From: an uncultured Clostridia bacterium
GTDB taxonomy: Bacteria > Bacillota > Clostridia > Christensenellales > UBA1242
Direction of reading: 5' to 3'
DNA: 44,281 nt
NCBI GenBank assembly: GCA_944332315.1
Contig: CALVJT010000018.1
Location: 1-44,281, forward strand
Of the stretch, positions 19,419 through 28,511 are shown piece after piece. Both the position numbers and the translations under genes were made by a program. Position 1 is the stretch's first letter; each line of letters opens with the position of its first letter. The notes beneath the pieces were generated by a model. The model had not been told where the DNA came from. It ran no database searches and was given only the letters and a program-made list of their open reading frames with translations.

Positions 19419-19925
19419 ATGTTTAATTTTATAATGTTAATTATTGTAATTGCTGGAGCATTAAATTGGTTTAGCATAGGAATGTTTCAGTTTGATTTAA
19501 TAGCAGGCATATTTGGCACACAGGCGCACTTTGGCAGTAGATTTTTGTACACAATTATAGGCATTGCAGGCATTTGGCTTTTAATTTACGCAACGGTAAA
19601 AAAAGGCAAACTTATTTTATTGCAACCAAAAGATAAATCAAAAAATAAGCAAGATAAACAATCTCCCGATAAAGAACTAAATGATGCGCAAGTAGCCACA
19701 TCTAATTCGGCAATTCCCCTTAATGTTCAAACACCACTAACGCAAGGCGCCATATCCACTTCTGCTACCCCACAAGCAAATAACATAGATACCATTATTT
19801 TAACTAATCGTAGTGCAGTAGATAGCACACCAGCGACAACGCAAACAATAACACCTACCCCCACAACTGCGCCCCCACCTAAACGAAAGGCATCTAAAAA
19901 ATCTAGCAAAGACAACACAGGCTAA
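19419..19925 (+). CDS. DUF378-family membrane protein with a low-complexity T/P/K-rich tail
   Basis: IAGALNWFSIGMFQFDLIAGIFG...SRFLYTIIGIAGIW motif; SD AAGGTGA. Confidence 0.85.
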   Translation: MFNFIMLIIVIAGALNWFSIGMFQFDLIAGIFGTQAHFGSRFLYTIIGIAGIWLLIYATVKKGKLILLQPKDKSKNKQDKQSPDKELNDAQVATSNSAIPLNVQTPLTQGAISTSATPQANNIDTIILTNRSAVDSTPATTQTITPTPTTAPPPKRKASKKSSKDNTG

Positions 19926-20162
19926 TGGCGCCTAAAGTTGTCTTTTTATATCTTACTAAAACATAAAAAAAGAATAAATAAAGTACATCCTAAAAGTTGC
20001 ACAAAATAAGAGATGTATTTTATGAAAAAGCGTAAACTAAAAAAGATACAAGCACACTTTTAGTCTTTAACATAATATTAAGGGCATATGTCCTTAATAT
20101 TGAGAAATGAAAGATAAAAAAACTAAAAAAATTAAAAGATTTGTATTTACATATGTAAAAAT

Positions 20163-20194
20163 AAAAAAGCCCTTGCATTTTGCAAAGAGCTTTT
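20163..20194. terminator. Intrinsic terminator after valS
   Basis: AAAAAAGCCCTTGCA-TT-TTGCAAAGAGCTTTT imperfect stem with A/T tracts. Confidence 0.6.
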
Positions 20195-20273
20195 CTTTGG
20201 GGTATAATAGCTATTTTATTCTGTTATAGTAAATATTTTTATAGTCTATCCAACATTTTTATATACAATGCAT

Positions 20274-22661
20274 TTACTCTATAATAACTGCGCGCTCATC
20301 ACCATTTTGATATTGTATATCCAAAACGCAACCTACGGCTTTGATATCGCCATCAAAAGTGCGCACATATTCTGGATACCCTTTAATTATCAATTTTGGT
20401 ATTTCGTATTTTAGCGAAAGATTATTTTCCGATTTATAGCGCCTTATGCTTGATACAATTTCTACCACCGCATCGCCCTGCTCTACAATATCCTCCACAG
20501 ATTCTAGCGGAATATAGGATATTTGCGTTTTGTGTATAGAAATTTCGCCCTCATATTTTTCAAAGTAATCTTTATAAATTTCCTCGCAAATGTGTGGCAA
20601 ATAAATTGCAAACATCTTTAGCATTTCTTTTAGCACCACAAAGCAAGCGTATTTAGCACTATCGGTTGCATCTTGTCCAAATATTTGCGGATTATATAAA
20701 CGGCGTTTTGCAATTTCGATATAATTATCGCAAAAATTCCAAAAATACTTTTCTAGTTCCGCCATAGCAAGCCCAATTTCGTATTTATCCAAATAAGCCC
20801 TAAAGCTTTTTTGCATTTGATTAAATTTTGCTATTATCCATTGGTCTATAGGCAGTAATGTAGGCTGTTTTACCACATAATCCTGCAAAAATGATAGCAC
20901 AAACTTGCTGGCATTCCAAATTTTATTTACGAGTTTGGCGCCGTTCTTAAACTCGCCCTCACTAAATATAATATCCTTGCCAAGGCTACCCGTAGCCGAC
21001 CAATAGCGCGTTACATCGGCAGATTTTTCGTTTATCAAACTTTCGGGTGAGAATTTAGCGTTGTTTTTGCTTTTAGAAATTTTGTTATCTTTATCGGCAA
21101 GCACAAAGCCCGATATCATAACATTTTCCCACGGCAAACAATTGGAGTGATAGAACGATTTTACTATGGTATAAAAATCCCAAGTGCGAATAATTTCGTG
21201 TGCATTAGTTCGCAGACTCATAGGCATCATTTTGCCATACCTATCTGTGCCCCAACCGCAGTTGATTTGCGGAGTTACAGAGGATGTATGCCAAGTATCG
21301 AACACATCGGTTTCTGCCTCAAACTCGCTTGCGCCACAGTGTGGACAAGTGCTTACTGGTGGTTTATCTACAATAGGGTTGCAAGGCAGTTGACTTTCGT
21401 CCGCAACAATAACTTGCCCGCAGTGCTTGCAGTACCAAACGGGAATCGGCACTCCAAAGTAGCGTTGGCGCGAAATACACCAATCGCGGTCGACATTAGC
21501 CACCCATTCAAAATATCTATTTTTCATATAGTCAGGGTACCAATGCACCTTTTTGCCCATTTCAATAAAATCATCCTTGTGGCTCAACAAATCAACAAAC
21601 CACTGTTTTTTAATTAAAATTTCCATAGGCGTGCCACAGCGCTCGTGCGTAGATACGGCGTGCACAAGCGTTTCGGACTTAATCAATTTTCCACTTTCCT
21701 GCAAATCATTTATAATTTGTTCGCGCGCCTGCTTAATCTTTAAGCCCGCATATTTGCCTGCAAGTTCGGTCATACGCCCGCCATCATCTATGGCAACTTT
21801 AATAGGCAAGTTGTGCTTTTCCTGCCACAAAAGGTCGGTTTCATCCCCAAATGTACAGCACATAACGGCGCCGGTGCCCTTTTCTTTATCCACTACATCA
21901 TCAGTCAAAACTGGCACCTCAAAGCCATAAAGGGGAACCTCAACTTTTTGCCCCACAAAGTCCTTATAACGCTCATCCTCGGGATGCACAAACACGCAGA
22001 CGCACGCGCACAGCATTTCGGGACGCGTAGTTGCAATTTCGATGCTCTTGTTTAGCGCCTTGCACTCAAAGTTCATGTAGTTAAATGTAGATTCTAGGTC
22101 CTTGCTTTCAAGTTCTGCCTGCGCTATAGATGTTCTACATTCGGTGCACCAAATAGCTGGTTTTTGCGCATAGTAAACATTGCCTTTTTTATATAAATCT
22201 AAAAACGATTTTTGCGATATTTTTTGCACTTCACTGCTAATTGTGCTGTACTTAAGGTCAAAATCTGCACTGTTGCCCGCCATTATGAACACGCGCTTGT
22301 AGTCATCTACATACTTGCTTGCCACATCCAAACAAATTTGTGTAAACTCCTCTCTTGGCAGTGTGTGTGCGCGTATTCCGCGCTCTTTTTCAACCAACCG
22401 CTCGGTAGGCAGTCCGTTATTATCAAACCCAAACGGATAAAACACATTGTAGCCAGTCATCCTTTTGTAGCGCGCTATAAATTCGCTTTGCGAGTACGAA
22501 AATATGTGCCCTATGTGTATGTGCCCACTCACTGTTGGAGGCGGATTATCTATCGAAAATATTGGCTTTTCAGAGTTTGGGTCAAATGCATAAACCTTGT
22601 TCTCCTGCCAATACTCCTGCCATTTAGGCTCGCTTTCCTTAAAATTATATTTATCTAACAT
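20274..22661 (-). CDS. valS: Valine--tRNA ligase, archaeal-type (type 2)
   Basis: PPPTVSGHIHIGH, FGFDNNGLPTER, DWCISRQRYFG, HEIIRTW, KISKS; ~795 aa with no C-terminal coiled coil; SD AAGGAG at ATG 22661. Confidence 0.93.
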   Translation of the reverse strand: MLDKYNFKESEPKWQEYWQENKVYAFDPNSEKPIFSIDNPPPTVSGHIHIGHIFSYSQSEFIARYKRMTGYNVFYPFGFDNNGLPTERLVEKERGIRAHTLPREEFTQICLDVASKYVDDYKRVFIMAGNSADFDLKYSTISSEVQKISQKSFLDLYKKGNVYYAQKPAIWCTECRTSIAQAELESKDLESTFNYMNFECKALNKSIEIATTRPEMLCACVCVFVHPEDERYKDFVGQKVEVPLYGFEVPVLTDDVVDKEKGTGAVMCCTFGDETDLLWQEKHNLPIKVAIDDGGRMTELAGKYAGLKIKQAREQIINDLQESGKLIKSETLVHAVSTHERCGTPMEILIKKQWFVDLLSHKDDFIEMGKKVHWYPDYMKNRYFEWVANVDRDWCISRQRYFGVPIPVWYCKHCGQVIVADESQLPCNPIVDKPPVSTCPHCGASEFEAETDVFDTWHTSSVTPQINCGWGTDRYGKMMPMSLRTNAHEIIRTWDFYTIVKSFYHSNCLPWENVMISGFVLADKDNKISKSKNNAKFSPESLINEKSADVTRYWSATGSLGKDIIFSEGEFKNGAKLVNKIWNASKFVLSFLQDYVVKQPTLLPIDQWIIAKFNQMQKSFRAYLDKYEIGLAMAELEKYFWNFCDNYIEIAKRRLYNPQIFGQDATDSAKYACFVVLKEMLKMFAIYLPHICEEIYKDYFEKYEGEISIHKTQISYIPLESVEDIVEQGDAVVEIVSSIRRYKSENNLSLKYEIPKLIIKGYPEYVRTFDGDIKAVGCVLDIQYQNGDERAVIIE

Positions 22662-23244
22662 AACTGATCTCCTTTGAGTTGCCATTTTTAATTGTTTCGT
22701 AAAGTTCAAATAAATCTATGTGTGCCATATCCTCTATAAATTGGCTCAATTTTGCGTTGTCGTACAGTAAACATCTAAAGTTGCCACCCACAAAATTTGC
22801 GTACCTATCTTTGACGTACTCAAGCTCTTTGTAAGAGCAATCGTACTTTACATTGTATTTACTATTTACATACGGCAAAGTGGCATCGTAGTTTTCGTAC
22901 AAAGCTTGCTTGAAATTAAAAGGCAATTTTGCTATCTTATCTAAATCTAAAAAAACATTAAAAAAGTAGTAGTCTACTACTAAATGCAAAAAGTAGCCTA
23001 AATCATAATCACTATTAATATCATTTTGCATTACATATTTGTGCAGATCTACTTTATTTTTGTATTGTAATACTATTGGCATATCTTTTGTAGCTATGCC
23101 ATAATGAAAATTCCCTTGTAAATTATTTATCTTTGCCAGTAAATCGGGTGCCACTGCACCATACATAAAATCATCAGAATAAAACTTATTGTGCAGTCTT
23201 GCCCATTCCTGCGCTATTGCTAGATGCACAGTAAAATTTGCCAT
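22651..23244 (-). CDS. Zinc-dependent phospholipase C-like metallo-protein
   Basis: HLAIA, GAVAPDL, HY and GYFLHLVVD motifs. The track's TTG start at 23319 is the -35 box, so ATG 23244 was chosen. The stop overlaps the valS start. Confidence 0.75.
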   Translation of the reverse strand: MANFTVHLAIAQEWARLHNKFYSDDFMYGAVAPDLLAKINNLQGNFHYGIATKDMPIVLQYKNKVDLHKYVMQNDINSDYDLGYFLHLVVDYYFFNVFLDLDKIAKLPFNFKQALYENYDATLPYVNSKYNVKYDCSYKELEYVKDRYANFVGGNFRCLLYDNAKLSQFIEDMAHIDLFELYETIKNGNSKEISYVR

Positions 23245-23290
23245 AAAAACCTTCTTAACACAAAAAAATCGCACACATAGTGTACGATAA

Positions 23291-23319
23291 ATTATAATAT
23301 AATTTGCTTTTATTGTCAA
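23291..23319 (-). promoter_or_regulatory. SigA promoter for the PLC-like gene and valS
   Basis: Perfect TTGACA-N17-TATAAT. Confidence 0.85.
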
Positions 23320-23388
23320 GCAGAGTGAGCAATTCCGAAAGGGTTTTGTTTAACAAACCAATATGTTCTTGCTTTACCTAAATTGAAT

Positions 23389-24468
23389 TCATTGTTTTTT
23401 TTGATTTTTTTGCGCTAGACTTGTATAATATTCATAGTTCTTTTTGGCATCCAAATCACTGGGCTTGCAATCAAGCGCTTTTTTAGCATAAAACGATGCT
23501 TTTTTGTAGTGTTTTAGCCTAAACTCGCAGTACGCAAGGTTATAATAAGGAATAAAATCGTAGCAATCTTTTAATATAAAAGCTCCGCTATCATAGTTAG
23601 GTTTACCTATTGCCTTGTGTAGCCAGTACTTGGCCTGCTCAAACTTGCCTTCGTTACAAAGATATAACGAAAGCTGACACAGTACTTCACTGCGCGGTTT
23701 ATCATATAAAAAACTAGAATATAACATTTGATATGCAAGCCTTATATTTTGCATACCATAGTAGCACTGCGCGCAGTTTAGACATGCCTGTATTTGATTT
23801 TCGACAAATGCGGGCTTTTGCAAAAAGTTTTGGTACTCCACAACTGCCTCTGCGTAGTTGTGTGTATAAAACAGCTCGTTTGCGTAGTAAAACTGCATGC
23901 GTGCAGTAAACGGCACGCCTTTAGCTTTTAGACGCCTATAAAAGTTAAGATTACGCAAAGGGTCGGACTGCTTTACCTTTCTATGCTCGATAGTAATATC
24001 CAAATGAACTACCTTGCCACTAGGCACAATAACTTCGTGTATAGGGTCTACAAACCTAAACTGTGGTGCGTTTTTTACTATGCGCTCGCGCTTATAACAA
24101 AAGGTAGTGTTGCCTGCCTCATCAAATGCTGTGGCATAAAGCATATAAGCAACATCAAAATCTGCATTTAACTTTTTGAACTCCAAAATTTTAGCTATGT
24201 TTGCATCATCAATGTAGTCATCAGCATCTAGCCACATAAGATACGGCTTTGTAGCCTTTGAAAACGCAAAGTTGCGCGCCTTGCTAAAATCATCTACCCA
24301 CTTAAAATTGTAAACTTTATCGGTAAACTTTTTTGCTATTTCAATCGAGGCATCGCAACTCCCGGTATCAACAACTACAATTTCGTCAGCAAACTTGCTA
24401 GCACAAGTTAGTATGCGCTCCAAAGTCTGCTCCTCGTTTAGCACTATAAAACAACAACTAATTTCCAT
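23389..24468 (-). CDS. Glycosyltransferase family 2 with C-terminal TPR-like repeats
   Basis: CFIVLNEE, VVDTGSCD, WVDDFSKARN, WLDADD, IHE motifs; helical Tyr/Ala-rich C-half. Confidence 0.92.
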   Translation of the reverse strand: MEISCCFIVLNEEQTLERILTCASKFADEIVVVDTGSCDASIEIAKKFTDKVYNFKWVDDFSKARNFAFSKATKPYLMWLDADDYIDDANIAKILEFKKLNADFDVAYMLYATAFDEAGNTTFCYKRERIVKNAPQFRFVDPIHEVIVPSGKVVHLDITIEHRKVKQSDPLRNLNFYRRLKAKGVPFTARMQFYYANELFYTHNYAEAVVEYQNFLQKPAFVENQIQACLNCAQCYYGMQNIRLAYQMLYSSFLYDKPRSEVLCQLSLYLCNEGKFEQAKYWLHKAIGKPNYDSGAFILKDCYDFIPYYNLAYCEFRLKHYKKASFYAKKALDCKPSDLDAKKNYEYYTSLAQKNQKKQ

Positions 24469-24473
24469 ACAGA

Positions 24474-24504
24474 TATTATATGAAGCATTTTTAATTATTG
24501 TGTG
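24474..24504 (-). promoter_or_regulatory. SigK-like promoter of the GT2 gene
   Basis: CACACA-N16-CATATAATA; the ATG follows only 5 nt later and no SD is present. Confidence 0.6.
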
Positions 24505-24608
24505 AAATCAATTATATCATTAAAAAACATTTTTAATTATATTGTTCGGCTTTATGCAAGCAAGCAACTATTGCACAAAGCACTTTATAATCTCTACCAG
24601 TATAAACA

Positions 24609-24706
24609 TTCTTTAATATTCGTGGGGTTAGCAAAAATTTAGCGAAAAGAGTTTAGCAAAAGTTTGAATCTATAACTCACTATACCCCCATTAATAATAA
24701 AGAACC
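24609..24706 (-). repeat. Dispersed intergenic repeat, copy 2 (inverted relative to copy 1)
   Basis: 51-bp exact match to 19057-19107 plus similar flanks; has an extra GGGGGTATAG segment that copy 1 lacks. Confidence 0.9.
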
Positions 24707-24789
24707 TAAACAAAAAAGGCCGTTAAAAATAACAACCCTTTATGTCTTATTTATCATATGCTATTCTAAAGTTTCAATACTATTCAGTA

Positions 24790-25332
24790 CTATTTATCAA
24801 AATCATCATCGTCGTCGTCATCGTCATCGTCGTCATCAAACTCGTCGTCATCATCATCAAACTCGTCATCGTCATCATCAAATTCGTCCTCAAAATCGGC
24901 GCCAAATTCGTCTTTTGCAAGTTCATCGATATCATCAAAGTTTAGGTCGGCAATATCGTCCATATCCAGTTCGTCCGTCAAGCCCGCATCGTAGCCATCA
25001 TCGATACTGCCCATAGAGGCCATTGGGCCAAGATTTTCATCCTCATCACTATTCGGTTCTACCCCTTCCTCGTTGATGTACTCATTCCACTCCGAAATAT
25101 CTATATCGTCAATATCGGCACCTTCGGCTTCCTTTTCGGCAGCGCAGGAGGCACACATAATTTCGTCCTCTGTGATATAATTAGTTTTACAAATAGGGCA
25201 AAGTTCTAATTCTACATCAAAGTTGCTATCACTCCTCGAATTCATTTCGTTGATGCAAACGCTGCAGTAGTCCTCGCCTTTTTTAATGTAGTTCAATTCA
25301 CATCTAGGGCATCTTTTATATACAGTTTTCAT
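24790..25332 (-). CDS. Hypothetical protein with two putative Zn-ribbon motifs and a very acidic tail
   Basis: CPRC...CSVC and CPIC...CASC; the C-terminal half is dominated by D/E, with a GAY repeat at ~24802-24880. Confidence 0.8.
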   Translation of the reverse strand: MKTVYKRCPRCELNYIKKGEDYCSVCINEMNSRSDSNFDVELELCPICKTNYITEDEIMCASCAAEKEAEGADIDDIDISEWNEYINEEGVEPNSDEDENLGPMASMGSIDDGYDAGLTDELDMDDIADLNFDDIDELAKDEFGADFEDEFDDDDDEFDDDDDEFDDDDDDDDDDDDFDK

Positions 25333-25486
25333 ATTAAAAAATCTCCATCAAGCCTTTACAAAAAAGGTTTAGTATATTTTAATTATTTTTATACAAAATG
25401 TAAACTATTTTACGCATAAAAAGTCAAAAAATTCACAATTTTTTCGTGAATTTTATTTGTTTTTTACCATATTTAGACAAATTTGC

Positions 25487-25975
25487 CTACATTTTAATAT
25501 CTAAGTCATTGTTGTGCGCTTGCAAATACTCCCTATGTAGGTGCTTAAGAACATCGCCCTCATCTTTGCTAATGTATTTTGCGTACTTTACTAAAATGTT
25601 TTTGCCGTAAACAGTTTTAAGCGAAGCACCGTTTTGAACAAGTTTTTCTGCCACATCAATTTGATTAGTTAAGCACGCAAGTTCCAATGGCTCCAAATTT
25701 GTAAAATCTCCAGATACCATTGTTCTGCCCGATGCCGTTATCGAGGCGCCATTTTTTAGCAAAACATCAAGACATTTTTTTGCCTTCAAATCTACAGCGC
25801 TAAACACAAAATTATCCTTAACACCAAACTTATAGCCCGCATCTACAAGCATATTTAGCGTACTATCGTCATCTCGCTCTATTGCTTCGTACACAATCGA
25901 TTTAGTATCTGTACCCTTTATCAATTTATGTAAAATATTTTTCAAAACCTCTTTATCGTCTTTGTTATTTGACAT
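25487..25975 (-). CDS. Ankyrin-repeat protein
   Basis: AVDLKAKKCLDVLLKNGA and PLELACLTNQIDVAEKLVQNGA ankyrin-like repeats. Confidence 0.75.
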   Translation of the reverse strand: MSNNKDDKEVLKNILHKLIKGTDTKSIVYEAIERDDDSTLNMLVDAGYKFGVKDNFVFSAVDLKAKKCLDVLLKNGASITASGRTMVSGDFTNLEPLELACLTNQIDVAEKLVQNGASLKTVYGKNILVKYAKYISKDEGDVLKHLHREYLQAHNNDLDIKM

Positions 25976-25976
25976 T

Positions 25977-27326
25977 TTAATTATCCTCTCTATTCAATGT
26001 TACCTCATAAATTGTTTTAGTATTTTCGTCTATTTTTATCTTTTCACTAATCTCCACACCCGCAATTACATAGACCTCGTTTTCACCCGCCAAAAGTGGC
26101 AAATTATCACGCAAGCGTGCAGGTACCTTTTTGTTTACAAGATAGCTTTTCAATTTTTTAGTGCCACCACCAAACTTTTCAAATACATCGCCATCGCGCC
26201 TAAAACGCCACATCACGCCTTTTGGCAATTTATCAGGGTCAAATTTAAGTTTGTTCGGCTCAATATCAGCATTGCTTGCCTTGCGTATAATCAAAGTGCC
26301 CAAACCATCTATTTTAATTCTGCCTGTTCTAAATACCCAAGCCTGAGTGCTTTTTTTAGGCACTTTTTTGAATATTGTTATGTAATCATATTCGCAAATG
26401 GCAAAAATTTTGTTTGGCAAGCTTACTTTAGAGCCATTTTCGCCCATTCGCGCAAGTGCTTTTATCATTTCGATATGTTTAGATTCGATATCTGCATAAA
26501 CATCTATGCTATGAAAGGCGCGCCTAATCATTCTATTCACAATAGGCTCGGGATATACAAAGTAGTTGCGAGGCAATTTTACAGTGTGTGCCTCTTTATT
26601 GACAATTACAGCATCCAGTGTTACAAGGCTATCTATGTACTCATCATCCTTGCGACAAATGTTGCCAAAGTTGGCAAGATTTTCCTGACAATTAGGGAAC
26701 TTTTCCTCAAGTTTAGGAAAAATCTCATTGCGGATAAAGTTTCTTGTATAAGAACTATCGTCATTTGTTTCGTCATCTACATAGTTTAGGTCATTTTCAA
26801 CAATATAATCGTTTATGGTCTTGCGAGAGATATTTAGCATAGGGCGTATGAATATACCCTCGCTAGACATTGCCATGCCACTGGCGCCCGCAAGCCCAGC
26901 CCCACGCAAAATGTGCATAAGCACAGTTTCGGCTTGGTCACTGATGTGGTGCCCAAGCGCTATTTTATCCACAATTCCCTTTTTTATCAAAGCGCGGAAC
27001 ATCTCGTAGCGCCCCTCGCGCGCTGCCTGCTCTAGCGTCAAGTGCCTTGTGCGCGCAAGGTTGTAGGAATCTATGACAAATTTGTAGCACCTGATGTGAT
27101 TTTCTTGACAAAAATCTACAACAAAGCGAGTATCGCGGTCACTAGTATCGCGAATACTGTGATTGATATTGATGCACACAACCTCTATATCCAAGTCCTC
27201 TTTAATCGTGTTTAAGTAGTGTAGCAAACTGATGCTATCTCTGCCACCACTGCAAGCCACGCCAATAATCTCACCGGGCTTTACAAGTGCCTTCATATTA
27301 TCCATAACTTTCTTAAAACTTTCCAT
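25977..27326 (-). CDS. tilS: tRNA(Ile)-lysidine synthetase
   Basis: SGGRDS PP-loop, EQAAREGRY, GHHISDQAETVLM, RPML, RNFIR, and C-terminal KKLK...VP...R...PLL. Confidence 0.96.
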   Translation of the reverse strand: MESFKKVMDNMKALVKPGEIIGVACSGGRDSISLLHYLNTIKEDLDIEVVCININHSIRDTSDRDTRFVVDFCQENHIRCYKFVIDSYNLARTRHLTLEQAAREGRYEMFRALIKKGIVDKIALGHHISDQAETVLMHILRGAGLAGASGMAMSSEGIFIRPMLNISRKTINDYIVENDLNYVDDETNDDSSYTRNFIRNEIFPKLEEKFPNCQENLANFGNICRKDDEYIDSLVTLDAVIVNKEAHTVKLPRNYFVYPEPIVNRMIRRAFHSIDVYADIESKHIEMIKALARMGENGSKVSLPNKIFAICEYDYITIFKKVPKKSTQAWVFRTGRIKIDGLGTLIIRKASNADIEPNKLKFDPDKLPKGVMWRFRRDGDVFEKFGGGTKKLKSYLVNKKVPARLRDNLPLLAGENEVYVIAGVEISEKIKIDENTKTIYEVTLNREDN

Positions 27327-27675
27327 AATTAACTCCGTTATATTATTATATACTATTTGCCTAAAAATTTCAATACCTTATTGCATAAAATATATCTTAC
27401 TTATAAAAAATACACAAATACTTGTTTTAATTTTATTGATGCACAGTTTAACATTTATTTATATTTATCAAAAAAAAGCATTAATCACACTGGCAATGCT
27501 TTTTCATAGAATATTAAAAATTGTTTTTAGTGGTTAGTCTCTAATTTATCTAATTATTTTAGAAGCAAATTTTTTGCTTTATGTAATATCCTTTAATTTT
27601 AGTTATTAGTTTTTATGTAGCTCAATATGCATTTAGTATGCATCATAAAACTTCTAATTATATGCACTTGCTGTT

Positions 27676-28341
27676 TTATTTTTCGGGTTCTGTTTGCGCA
27701 ATTTGACTGCCGTATGGAGTTATGATTATATCGGCATTTTTTACTATATTATAGCTGTGTTGGATGCCTATTGTTGCCATTCCGTGCGCTTTGCCTGCAT
27801 CTAGGTACACTTGCATATCCTCACACAGCACGCAATCGGTTGCTGGCACCCCAAAATATTCTTGACATTTATCGTAGATATCTAATTTATTCAACTTTTC
27901 ATCCATACAAGATATAATTCTTGTAAATTCCCCCTGCACCCCCCATTTAGATAGCATATTATCTATTAGCGGGCGCGTTTGATTGGACACCACAAACTTT
28001 TGTTTATCTTTATACGCCAAAATATCTTTGACATAATCAAACATAGGCACATAAACCTGTTTTTCTATGTCCATAAATATTCTTACATAATCAGAAACTT
28101 TGCTCAAAAACTCATCTCTATCAAAACTATCTGGGTACTGCTCTTGAAAATAATCGGCAATACTACTTATAGGACGCCCCACAATTTGCTTAAATTGCTC
28201 CTTTGTAAACTGTATGCCGTAGGGCTCTAGGCACTTTACCCAAGTTAAGTAGTTTAGTGGCTCGGTATCTGTGATAGTGCCATCAAAGTCCATTAAAATT
28301 ACTTTTTTATTTTTTATAATTTCATCGATCGATTTATTCAT
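27676..28341 (-). CDS. HAD-family phosphatase
   Basis: DFDGTITDT motif I, VVSN, CEDM...G...G. Confidence 0.9.
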   Translation of the reverse strand: MNKSIDEIIKNKKVILMDFDGTITDTEPLNYLTWVKCLEPYGIQFTKEQFKQIVGRPISSIADYFQEQYPDSFDRDEFLSKVSDYVRIFMDIEKQVYVPMFDYVKDILAYKDKQKFVVSNQTRPLIDNMLSKWGVQGEFTRIISCMDEKLNKLDIYDKCQEYFGVPATDCVLCEDMQVYLDAGKAHGMATIGIQHSYNIVKNADIIITPYGSQIAQTEPEK

Positions 28342-28511
28342 TTTTCACCTTTATATTTTATAAATTACTATTGCTTTTGTATAACATTATTTATTCAAAC
28401 TTTTATTAAAATTGCACATTATTGCTTTTTCGCAAGCAAAAAATTAAGAATTGTTTGTGTAATCAAATTTTATAGAACAGTCTTGCGCCCCCATTATCAA
28501 ACATCTAATAC

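Noticed and set aside
23244-23390. T-box riboswitch for valS
   Set aside because: The leader between promoter and start is ~45 nt, and no T-box consensus or terminator is present.
25962-26789. Long plus-strand ORFs antisense to real genes (e.g. 25962-26789, 16939-17523, 35301-35858, 3973-4407, 21147-21617, 43776-44171)
   Set aside because: Shadow ORFs opposite well-supported genes, with no SD, no motifs and atypical composition.
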